Shown here in pieces: positions 1 to 8,360 of a DNA stretch of 46,990 nucleotides (within the stretch, counting starts at the first letter, position 1; each line of letters begins with the position of its first letter). The position numbers and the translations under genes were made by a program. The DNA is from Flavobacteriaceae bacterium (GTDB taxonomy: Bacteria > Bacteroidota > Bacteroidia > Flavobacteriales > Flavobacteriaceae). The notes beneath the pieces are model-generated. The model worked only from the letters and a program-made list of their open reading frames with translations. It made no database searches and was not told the DNA's origin. Where the stretch lies: NCBI GenBank assembly GCA_029861705.1, contig JAOTYW010000001.1, forward strand, positions 1 through 46,990, given 5' to 3'.

Positions 1-657
1 GCCCGGTTGGCGGATCATGCTTTCATAATCCAATGTGCGACCATCAACTCTGGGAGGAGTGCCTGTTTTCATTCTGCCCGAATCAAAACCCATATCAGTA
101 AGTTGCTCCGTAATGCCAGTTGCAGCTTTTTCCCCGGCTCTTCCTCCGCCAAATTGTTTATCCCCAATATGAATTAACCCATTTAGAAACGTACCATTTG
201 TCAGGATAACTGATCTTGCCCTGATGTCAAGCCCTAGTGATGTTCGTACCCCGGCAATTCTATTACCTTCTACCAGCACCGATTTTACCATATCCTGATA
301 AAAGTCCAGGTTTTGAGTCTGCTCAAGTGCCATTCGCCACTCTTCGGCGAAACGCATCCTGTCATTTTGAGCCCTTGGACTCCACATGGCAGGCCCCTTA
401 GACTTATTCAGCATTTTAAACTGGATTGAAGAATTATCTGTTATAATGCCACTATAGCCCCCCAAGGCATCAATTTCCCGAACGATCTGTCCTTTCGCAA
501 TACCGCCCATAGCCGGATTACAACTCATTTGCCCGATGGTTTGCAAATTCATGGTAACCAAAAGGGTACTAGAACCCATATTGGCCGCAGCCGCAGCAGC
601 CTCAGCACCTGCGTGTCCACCCCCAACCACTACAACATCGTAAACTCTGTCAAACAT
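1..657 (-). CDS. mnmG: tRNA uridine 5-carboxymethylaminomethyl modification enzyme MnmG/GidA. Only the N-terminal 219 codons are present; the 3' part runs off the window edge.
   Basis: It is absent from the ORF track because it is open at the window edge. My translation of the minus strand from the ATG (complement of 655-657) reads MFDRVYDVVVVGGGHAGAEAAAAAANMGSSTLLVTMNLQTIGQMSCNPAMGGIAKGQIVREIDALGGYSG... The GGGHAG FAD-binding motif and the MSCNPAxGG block are typical of MnmG. 657 nt is exactly 219 codons. Confidence 0.9.
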   Translation of the reverse strand, partial: MFDRVYDVVVVGGGHAGAEAAAAAANMGSSTLLVTMNLQTIGQMSCNPAMGGIAKGQIVREIDALGGYSGIITDNSSIQFKMLNKSKGPAMWSPRAQNDRMRFAEEWRMALEQTQNLDFYQDMVKSVLVEGNRIAGVRTSLGLDIRARSVILTNGTFLNGLIHIGDKQFGGGRAGEKAATGITEQLTDMGFDSGRMKTGTPPRVDGRTLDYESMIRQPG

Positions 658-660
658 AAC

Positions 661-1080
661 TCATTGTTCCACGTGGAACATTTTTAAATAAATATTCTCC
701 TTCTTATGCATGAGTTTCTTTTCTTCCTCATTCGAATCATTATATCCCATCATATGCAGAATGCCATGAATCATTACTCGGCGTAATTCCTCCTCTTCAC
801 TTTCATCATACAAAACCGCATTCTCCTTTACACGTTCTGTGGAAATAAAAATATCTCCATTCAATGTCTTATTATCGGAGCGGTCAAAAGTAAGGATATC
901 TGTGTAATAATCATGACCCAGGAAGTTGCTATTCAATTCCAATAATTCCGCATCTGTAGTTAATATATAAGTGATTTCACTAATATTATGCCCTTCTTGA
1001 TCAACAGCTCGAATCAACCAGGATCTATGCCTTTCTTCGTCCTTCAATAGAAAAGTACCCTGGTAATTAAAACTAATCAT
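661..1080 (-). CDS. ybeY: rRNA maturation endoribonuclease YbeY
   Basis: 139-aa ORF with the zinc motif HGILHMMGYND (H-x3-H-x5-D/H) near the C-terminus, and a size typical of YbeY. Its stop lies 3 nt upstream of the mnmG start. Confidence 0.9.
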   Translation of the reverse strand: MISFNYQGTFLLKDEERHRSWLIRAVDQEGHNISEITYILTTDAELLELNSNFLGHDYYTDILTFDRSDNKTLNGDIFISTERVKENAVLYDESEEEELRRVMIHGILHMMGYNDSNEEEKKLMHKKENIYLKMFHVEQ

Positions 1081-4000
1081 CCGATTTGAAGTATATACGA
1101 ATGAGTTCCCTGTACCTTTGCTGCAGCGGTAGTGACTGTCTATTTAACAATTCAGTTTCCTTCTTAAAATTATCCCACTGTTCAGGCCGCGTAAGGATCG
1201 GGTTGGAATAACTATCAAAGTTTGTTTTGCTTTCTCGTTCCTGTTTTTTTCCCTGGTCCAAAGCGGCATTTTCCAACTTAAGTAATTGATGTTCAATCAT
1301 ATTCATCCTCTGAAGCGTACGTTCAGTAATTCCATTTTCCAATAGATCCTGTTCAAAAGATTCCATTTGCCTTAATAACTTCTTAGCCAGGTCACGATCC
1401 CCATTCTCAATCATATCATCTAGCTGCTTTTCCAATTCCTGGCGTATGCGTTGTTGTTCTTTATATATCTCAAAGAGTTCTTGCAAGTCCTCTTCGTTCT
1501 CATCAGAGGTGCCATTGCCACCTTGCGAATCACTTTCCCCCTCTTTTGAACCTTTACCATTCTCCCCATCGGCTCCCTCACCATCTTTTTCTCCATTCTG
1601 ACCCTCTTTGCCCTCCTCGCCTTCCTGGCCCTTATTTCCTTCTTGTTCGCCCTCAGACTGACCCTCTTTTGACTCTCCTTGCTGTCCGCTTTTCTGTCCT
1701 TTCCCCTGCATTTTACCCATCTGCTCTTTCAACTCAGACTGACTTTGAATAATGTCCGGCAGTTGAAAGCCTTCTCCTTCGCCCTTTCCAGACCCCATAG
1801 AGAGGCTTTGCTGCATATTATCCAGGATCCTGGCCAGGTAGTCTGCCAGACTATTACTGGCCGTCAGAACATACTGCTGATAAGAGGCTCCCTGAAATAA
1901 TCTGTTTTCTGATACACTTTCCAGGGTTTTATCAATATTATAATACACTTCTGTGATCTGTTCATTGACAAACTCCGACAATTCAGCCCTGCGTAGTGAG
2001 AGTGCGAACAAGCTATCATCTACATGCTCAAATAATTCTTTTAATTGCTGCTGTTCCCGCACTACACCGCCAAAATCATTCAAACTTCCCTCGCTTTCGG
2101 TAAGTACACCCAATAATTCTTCCTGCTTAAACGAAAAGGTCACCAAATTATCTAGGATCTGCCTGAGCATTTCTGCATCCTCGGCAATGGTGCCACCACC
2201 TCCCATAGAAGAACCAGACTGTGAAAGTGATTCGCTCATTTCCTTCATTTTACGTGCAGCTGAGCGTTGTTTTTGATCAATCTTGTTTTGCTGTTTCTCT
2301 GTGCCAGAATTCTCGTCAGATTCTTCCTTTTTCTGCTCCTTATCGTACTCTTCCAAAGCCTCTTTTTGGTCTTGTTTGATCGACTCGGATTTGTTTTCAT
2401 CAATATCCAGATCCATGGGCTTTTTAAGCGCATCATTGTCTTTTCCGAGTTCCTGGAGCTCTTTAGCTATAGTGTCAAATTCCTTATTAAACCCTTCCTG
2501 GGTTTCCTTTTCAATATTCTTGCCCATATCTTCCTGTGATATAGCTTCCTGTTCCCTGGCCAACTTCTCCAGATCCTGTGCCAATTGATTTGCCTTTTCC
2601 GACACATAATATCTTTTTGTAAGTTCCAGCAATTGATCCAGGCTTTTCTGACTATTCTGCTGGCTTTTACCCAGTTCCTCCAGGCGTTTCGCCAATTCTT
2701 CCTTGTTGATCTTGTCTGCTACTTTCTGAAGTTCCTCTAAGAGTTTTGCGTTCTTTTGTGCCTTTAATTCCTCTCGTTCCATTCGCTCCTGAAGTAATTT
2801 CTTCTGTGCATCATCCAATTCATCCTGTTCCAGGTTTTGCTTGAGTTCTTTACTGAACTTTTTCATCAACTCTTGTTGCTGTTGTTGCTTTTTAAGAAAC
2901 GAATTTACCTTGCTCTTGTCATTAAAGTTTAAACTTGTCTTTTCCTTTTGTTGCTGTTGAATGGCATCGAGCTCTTCCGTGTTTTCCTTGAATTGATCTA
3001 CCGCCTTATTCATCTGCTCGATAAGGTCCTGTTGCTTGTCCAGGCGCTTTTCTTCCAGGGCCACTTCGTCAAATATTTCTGACGTAAAGACCTGGCTTTT
3101 ACTTAGTTTACCCCCTCTAAATGGATCATTATCCCGCACTTCAAAATACAACTTGTAAACCTTAGCCTCGTCAAGTTCCAGGCCGGAAGGGAACGTATAA
3201 TAAAACTCTTGAAAATTAACATTTGGCTCCATTAATACAACTCGTTGCTTTTGGTCTTCATTCCCACGAGGATAACACACTAACTGGATGCTTCTGATCT
3301 TATAATCGTCGGTTGCTTCTCCCGAAAAATAGGAGACATTAGGTTGCAGGGAATCTCTCATTTGTCTGACCTTCACTCCAGGAAAACCATCTTTTATAAT
3401 CTTGAACATAAATCCCAATTTCTCAAAATGGGAAACGTTTTCGTTTGAGCTGGTGATTTGATATGGCAAGTTTGAAAACACCCTGCTGCTATGCCTGAAT
3501 TCTGCTTCATCCTTTTGAAAGGCCCAGCTACTGTCGTTGGTGATAAGGTGTACATTATCGGCATTTTCACTCGAAACAGACCAGGCCACTTTTGTGCCTT
3601 CCGGAATTGTCGCATTTCCGGTATTCCGCAGAACATCTGAGCGTTTGCCGGTATAAGCGGGATAGTCGAGCTGTACAGAAAAATCAGTAATACCGGGTGT
3701 TTTTAAAGCATTTAACCTATATGTTCTGGACTCAACCTCATTTGCCTTAAAGTAGAAAGTGCTGGATTGTAATGGCGGGGTAAACGTCAACTCATAAAGG
3801 GAATCGCTTTTGCTCAGCAGGATCTCTTTGTCATTCACTACTGCATATACATCCTCTGGCTGTACTTCTCCAACCGTGAATACTTTCACCCGCACCGTTT
3901 CATTCTCCAATACTTCCAGCGGATCTGAAAGCACTCTAAATTCGAAAGGGGCAGGAGGCTCAAAATGAGCACTGTAGCGAACTACTCGCTGGTATGAGCC

Positions 4001-4534
4001 GAAAAATGAACTAAGGCTTCCGGAGACCCAAAGCAGAAGAATAACAACTGCAGGTATAGCAAGATATTTAAGATATCGGGCATTCTCCCGATATCTGATC
4101 GCCCTGGTAAACGGAATTTGATCCATTTCAGAGGAACGCTGTTCAATACTGGCTAATAATAATTCCGACCTGTTTCTGTCTTCCGATAGATCCAATAAAT
4201 TATAAAGCTTATCCCCTACTTCCGGGAAATGACGGCCTATTAAGCGAGAGGCCTGTTTATTGGATAAACCCCGTCGAATTCTAAACAAATAAAGGAGGGG
4301 TCGAATGATGTAATAGTAAAGTAAATAGAGTTCAACCCCCAGGAATAAGAGAAACAAGATCAACCTGCCCGTAGTGTCAAGCCAGAGGTAATATTCAATG
4401 CTTAAAATAAAGAAAAGAAACAAGAGCCCGAACAGGGCAAAAAACATAATTCCTTTGATCAACAGGCGCTTGTAATACTTGCTGTAGAACTTGTGCAGCT
4501 TATCCTGTATGTTGTGAAAACTTTGCAATATCAT
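1073..4534 (-). CDS. Large membrane-anchored protein, probably DUF4175-like. Layout: N-terminal TM helices, a beta-rich middle region, a long E/K/Q coiled coil, and a G/E/K/Q low-complexity tract.
   Basis: 1153-aa ORF with ATG at 4532-4534. Hydrophobic segments: FFALFGLLFLFFILSIEYYLWL, LILFLLFLGVELYLLYYYII and LAIPAVVILLLWVSG. About 300 aa of heptad-like E/K/Q/L sequence follows. A low-complexity tract GKGQKSGQQGESKEGQSEGEQEGNKGQEGEEGKEGQNGEKDGEGADGENGKGSKEGE lies at about nt 1495-1725. The DUF4175 family name is my recollection and is not verified. Confidence 0.6.
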   Translation of the reverse strand: MILQSFHNIQDKLHKFYSKYYKRLLIKGIMFFALFGLLFLFFILSIEYYLWLDTTGRLILFLLFLGVELYLLYYYIIRPLLYLFRIRRGLSNKQASRLIGRHFPEVGDKLYNLLDLSEDRNRSELLLASIEQRSSEMDQIPFTRAIRYRENARYLKYLAIPAVVILLLWVSGSLSSFFGSYQRVVRYSAHFEPPAPFEFRVLSDPLEVLENETVRVKVFTVGEVQPEDVYAVVNDKEILLSKSDSLYELTFTPPLQSSTFYFKANEVESRTYRLNALKTPGITDFSVQLDYPAYTGKRSDVLRNTGNATIPEGTKVAWSVSSENADNVHLITNDSSWAFQKDEAEFRHSSRVFSNLPYQITSSNENVSHFEKLGFMFKIIKDGFPGVKVRQMRDSLQPNVSYFSGEATDDYKIRSIQLVCYPRGNEDQKQRVVLMEPNVNFQEFYYTFPSGLELDEAKVYKLYFEVRDNDPFRGGKLSKSQVFTSEIFDEVALEEKRLDKQQDLIEQMNKAVDQFKENTEELDAIQQQQKEKTSLNFNDKSKVNSFLKKQQQQQELMKKFSKELKQNLEQDELDDAQKKLLQERMEREELKAQKNAKLLEELQKVADKINKEELAKRLEELGKSQQNSQKSLDQLLELTKRYYVSEKANQLAQDLEKLAREQEAISQEDMGKNIEKETQEGFNKEFDTIAKELQELGKDNDALKKPMDLDIDENKSESIKQDQKEALEEYDKEQKKEESDENSGTEKQQNKIDQKQRSAARKMKEMSESLSQSGSSMGGGGTIAEDAEMLRQILDNLVTFSFKQEELLGVLTESEGSLNDFGGVVREQQQLKELFEHVDDSLFALSLRRAELSEFVNEQITEVYYNIDKTLESVSENRLFQGASYQQYVLTASNSLADYLARILDNMQQSLSMGSGKGEGEGFQLPDIIQSQSELKEQMGKMQGKGQKSGQQGESKEGQSEGEQEGNKGQEGEEGKEGQNGEKDGEGADGENGKGSKEGESDSQGGNGTSDENEEDLQELFEIYKEQQRIRQELEKQLDDMIENGDRDLAKKLLRQMESFEQDLLENGITERTLQRMNMIEHQLLKLENAALDQGKKQERESKTNFDSYSNPILTRPEQWDNFKKETELLNRQSLPLQQRYRELIRIYFKSDD

Positions 4535-4571
4535 CTATCTTAGCTCGAAGATAGCCCGATATACGGTATTT

Positions 4572-5648
4572 ATGACGCAAAAATCTGTTAAATCCGCCAT
4601 ATGGCACGACCTGAAATACCTGGCCGCACTCAGTATACCGGCTACTCTGGTTATTGGTTTGATATACAAAGGAGGATGGTCTTTTTTGACTCCTGTATAT
4701 GTCTTTATTCTTGTTCCCGTCCTGGAGATCCTTCTTCCTCATGACACTTCAAACTATGAAGGGGATACGCGCGCTCAAAAAGAAGCAAGCCCCCTGTTTG
4801 ACTGGATGCTTTACGCTAATATTCCAATTATATATGGCCTGCTTCTGACTACATTGATCACCTTGACCACTACACCTCTTAATACGTATGAACTTGTGGG
4901 TTTAGTATTTTCCCTTGGGATTGTTTTGGGAAGCAATGGCATAAATGTCGGGCATGAGATGGGCCATAGAAAGAATCCGGTAGAGCGGTTTTTTGCCAAG
5001 CTCCTATTGCTCCCTTCCTTTTACATGCATTTCTATATTGAGCATAATTTTGGTCACCATTTACACGCTGCAACAAAAGAGGATCCCGCCACTGCCGGCT
5101 ATAATCAATCTGTCTATTCGTTTTGGTTTACTTCTGTAACCCGGCAGTATGTTAATGCCTGGCGCATTCAAAAAAAGCTATTACGGACTGAGGGAGCCTC
5201 CTTTTTCTCACTAAAAAATGATATGTTCTGGTACACCATTCTGCAGTTGCTCTATGCAATAGCTGTGTGGCAATTTTTTGGTTTTGCAGGTCTGGGGTAT
5301 GCTGTGGGAGCGGGAATTGCTGGCTTTTTGCTTCTGGAAACTGTTAATTACATTGAGCACTATGGCCTGTTACGTCATAAATTGCCTTCAGGACGCTATG
5401 AGCGAGTCAAGGAAATTCATTCCTGGAATAGCAATCATGTCATGGGTAGGATCGTGCTCTATGAATTAACCCGTCACAGCGATCATCACTATAAGTCGAG
5501 CCGTAAATATCAAATATTAAACTATCACGATACGTCCCCCCAAATGCCATATGGCTATCCCACCTCCATGGTGTTATCCCTCCTTCCTCCACTGTGGTTT
5601 CGCATTATGAATCCGCTTATCCCAAAAAATATGTTGCCAACTGGCTAA
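4572..5648 (+). CDS. alkB: Alkane 1-monooxygenase (integral-membrane di-iron AlkB family)
   Basis: 358 aa, with all the AlkB signature boxes: HEMGHR (His-1), EHNFGHH (His-2), NYIEHYGL (HYG motif) and LTRHSDHH (His-3). Several TM segments are also present. Confidence 0.85.
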   Translation: MTQKSVKSAIWHDLKYLAALSIPATLVIGLIYKGGWSFLTPVYVFILVPVLEILLPHDTSNYEGDTRAQKEASPLFDWMLYANIPIIYGLLLTTLITLTTTPLNTYELVGLVFSLGIVLGSNGINVGHEMGHRKNPVERFFAKLLLLPSFYMHFYIEHNFGHHLHAATKEDPATAGYNQSVYSFWFTSVTRQYVNAWRIQKKLLRTEGASFFSLKNDMFWYTILQLLYAIAVWQFFGFAGLGYAVGAGIAGFLLLETVNYIEHYGLLRHKLPSGRYERVKEIHSWNSNHVMGRIVLYELTRHSDHHYKSSRKYQILNYHDTSPQMPYGYPTSMVLSLLPPLWFRIMNPLIPKNMLPTG

Positions 5649-5654
5649 CATTCT

Positions 5655-5685
5655 TTTGGGTACTTCATTCCCCCATGTATCTTTG
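5655..5685 (+). promoter_or_regulatory. Candidate Bacteroidota sigma-A promoter for gltX (-33 TTTG and -7 TAnnTTTG)
   Basis: TTTG at 5655-5658 and TATCTTTG at 5678-5685, separated by a 19-nt spacer. The -7 box ends 18 nt before the gltX ATG. Confidence 0.45.
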
Positions 5686-5703
5686 CCCAATCAATAGTAG
5701 CAT

Positions 5704-7209
5704 ATGAAATCTGACGTTCGCGTACGCTTTGCTCCCAGTCCTACTGGTCCTTTACATATCGGTGGTGTAAGGACAGCATTATTTAATTACCTCTTTGCTA
5801 AAAAACACAAGGGGCAATTTGTCTTGCGCATTGAAGACACTGACCAAAACCGATACGTGCCCGGAGCTGAAGAATATATAATAGAAGCGCTCGAATGGTG
5901 TGGAATCCCTTTTGATGAGGGTCCTGGAAAAGGTGGGGAATTCGGGCCATACAGACAGAGTGAACGAAAATCATTATATCGTCAATACGCAGATGAATTG
6001 GTCTCTGGCGGACATGCCTATTATGCTTTTGACACTCCGGAAATCCTGAATTCGCACCGAAAAGATCATGAGTCTAAAGGGAAAACATTCATCTACAATG
6101 CACATAACCGTTTAAAGCTGGACAACTCTTTATCTCTTGATGCAGATGCATTGGAAAAGAGGTTGAAAGAAGGTCAGTCCTATGTCATCCGGTTTAAAAC
6201 CCCGGAATCGGGAATTATTTCATTTCAGGATATCATCCGGGGCGTAATTGAAATCAAAACGACGACCCTCGACGACAAGATCTTGTTTAAGAGCGACGGT
6301 ATGCCTACCTATCACCTTGCCAATGTTGTAGATGATCATTTGATGCAGATCAGCCATGTGATACGCGGGGAAGAATGGCTCCCTTCTTTGGCGCTTCATG
6401 TACAGCTCTATTGGGCTTTTGGGTGGGATGTCCCAGTTTTTGCCCATCTGCCTCTAATCATGAAGCCTGTAGGCAAAGGGAAGTTGTCTAAGCGGGATGG
6501 AGAAAAAATGGGCTTTCCTGTTTTTCCTTTGTCTTGGGAGGAATCAATAGGATATAGAGAAGCTGGTTATTATCCGGAAACTGTGGTTAATTTTTTAGCC
6601 ATGCTAGGCTGGAACCCGGGTACAGAACAAGAGATCTTTAGTTTGAATGAACTAGTGCAAGCTTTTGATCTGGATCGCGTACACCACTCAGGAGCCCGAT
6701 TTGATCCGGAAAAAACAGCCTGGTTCAATCACCATTACCTTCAACAAAGGTCTGGAGATGAACTATTGAGGGAATACAAGGGTATGCTTCAGTCCAATGA
6801 AGTAGATGTTTCAAAATATACCGATGATTATTTAATGCGGTTATTAAACCTTATAAAAGAGCGTGCCTCTTTCAATCACGAACTCTACGATTTAAGTGAA
6901 TTCTTTTTTCACGCTCCGACAGAATTTGAGTCTAAAGCTGTCAAGCGAGGATGGAAGGAGCAAAGCCCTGAACGCCTACAGGACCTGATTGCGCTTTTTG
7001 AGAGCATCGACTTTAATAACGCTTCCATTTCTGAAGCCGTGAATTCTTATATTAAAGAGCATGACATATCATTTGGTGCTGTCATGCCTACGATGCGAAT
7101 GCTCCTGGTGGGCGACCTTAAAGGGCCGGGTGTATTTGAGATCATGGAATTACTTGGAAAAGAGGAGGTTATTTCCCGAATGAGGTTTGCTTTATCCCAT
7201 TTTTCCTGA
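5704..7209 (+). CDS. gltX: Glutamate--tRNA ligase
   Basis: 501 aa. N-terminus RFAPSPTGPLHIGGVRTALFNY (class I HIGH motif) and KLSKR (the KMSKS equivalent). Length is typical of bacterial GluRS. Confidence 0.95.
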   Translation: MKSDVRVRFAPSPTGPLHIGGVRTALFNYLFAKKHKGQFVLRIEDTDQNRYVPGAEEYIIEALEWCGIPFDEGPGKGGEFGPYRQSERKSLYRQYADELVSGGHAYYAFDTPEILNSHRKDHESKGKTFIYNAHNRLKLDNSLSLDADALEKRLKEGQSYVIRFKTPESGIISFQDIIRGVIEIKTTTLDDKILFKSDGMPTYHLANVVDDHLMQISHVIRGEEWLPSLALHVQLYWAFGWDVPVFAHLPLIMKPVGKGKLSKRDGEKMGFPVFPLSWEESIGYREAGYYPETVVNFLAMLGWNPGTEQEIFSLNELVQAFDLDRVHHSGARFDPEKTAWFNHHYLQQRSGDELLREYKGMLQSNEVDVSKYTDDYLMRLLNLIKERASFNHELYDLSEFFFHAPTEFESKAVKRGWKEQSPERLQDLIALFESIDFNNASISEAVNSYIKEHDISFGAVMPTMRMLLVGDLKGPGVFEIMELLGKEEVISRMRFALSHFS

Positions 7210-7322
7210 TCCAGACAGTTTATTCCTTTTTCATACCTTCTCTGCTTTGTAACAATCCAATAAAATTTGCTACAAATAAGTACTTTCTATTAGTACATAA
7301 TCATTAACTAAAATCAGAAATT

Positions 7323-8255
7323 ATGGGCAATTTATTTCTTATACCTATTCTCTTTTTGGGATTCCTACTGCTTTTGGCTTCTTTCTTTACTGTAAAGCAG
7401 CAAACGGCTGTTGTCCTTGAAAGATTCGGTAGATTCCTAAGCATACGAAATTCCGGTTTGCAAATGAAGATACCATTGGTTGATCGCATTTCAGGGCGAC
7501 TCAGTCTGAAGATCCAGCAATTGGATGTAATTGTGGAGACAAAAACACTGGATGATGTATTTGTGAAGCTAAAAATATCTGTACAGTACGTGGTTATACG
7601 CGAAAAAGTATATGAAGCTTTTTACAAATTGCAAAATCCGCATGACCAGATCACTTCCTATGTGTTTGACGTCGTGCGCGCAGAAGTTCCTAAAATGAAA
7701 TTGGATGATGTCTTTGTTAAAAAGGACGATATCGCTATCGCAGTAAAATCAGAGTTACAGGACGCAATGTTGGATTACGGCTACGATATTATTAAAACCC
7801 TGGTAACAGACATCGATCCCGATTCACAGGTAAAAGCCGCTATGAACCGTATTAATGCATCCGAACGTGAAAAGATCGCCGCTCAATTTGAAGGAGATGC
7901 CGCGCGTATTCTGATCGTTGAAAAAGCAAAAGCCGAAGCTGAGAGCAAGCGTCTCCAGGGACGAGGTATTGCAGACCAACGAAGAGAGATAGCGCGTGGT
8001 TTAGAAGAATCCGTAGAAGTCTTGAATAAGGTGGGTATTAATTCGCAAGAGGCTTCGGCCTTAATTGTTGTGACGCAACACTATGACACCTTACAGGCTA
8101 TTGGCGAAGAAACTAATACCAATCTTATACTCCTGCCTAATTCGCCACAAGCCGGCAGTGATATGCTAAATAACATGGTAGCCTCATTTACGGCGAGCAA
8201 TCAAATCGGCGAAGCCATGAAAAAGCACAATAAGCCCCCTAAAGATAAATCGTAA
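7323..8255 (+). CDS. SPFH/band-7 (stomatin/prohibitin-like) membrane protein
   Basis: 310 aa. An N-terminal TM helix (LFLIPILFLGFLLLLASFF) is followed by a typical SPFH core (VKQQTAVVLERFGRF...LDVIVETKTLDDVFV) and an Ala/Glu-rich coiled-coil tail. Confidence 0.85.
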   Translation: MGNLFLIPILFLGFLLLLASFFTVKQQTAVVLERFGRFLSIRNSGLQMKIPLVDRISGRLSLKIQQLDVIVETKTLDDVFVKLKISVQYVVIREKVYEAFYKLQNPHDQITSYVFDVVRAEVPKMKLDDVFVKKDDIAIAVKSELQDAMLDYGYDIIKTLVTDIDPDSQVKAAMNRINASEREKIAAQFEGDAARILIVEKAKAEAESKRLQGRGIADQRREIARGLEESVEVLNKVGINSQEASALIVVTQHYDTLQAIGEETNTNLILLPNSPQAGSDMLNNMVASFTASNQIGEAMKKHNKPPKDKS

Positions 8256-8281
8256 ATGATGGAATAAAATGCCATATAAAC

Positions 8282-8313
8282 GGGGTGAACCGTATTTCGC
8301 CCCTTACTTTTTG
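8282..8313. terminator. Stem-loop between convergent genes; likely an intrinsic terminator for the SPFH gene and possibly bidirectional (glnS)
   Basis: GGGGTGAA (8282-8289) pairs with TTCGCCCC (8296-8303), with one G-U pair, and is followed by TTACTTTTTG. On the opposite strand the stem is followed by a T-rich run. Confidence 0.5.
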
Positions 8314-8360
8314 CCATTAATCGCAATACCATTTAGTATATTTTATCTTAACTCTTGTAT

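Noticed and set aside
1546-2588. A cluster of ORFs on both strands (68-107 aa) inside the 1153-aa gene.
   Set aside because: They coincide with the purine-rich coiled-coil and low-complexity coding region. Their products are Leu/Ser/Phe/Pro-rich nonsense typical of antisense or shifted frames, so I treat them as artefacts.
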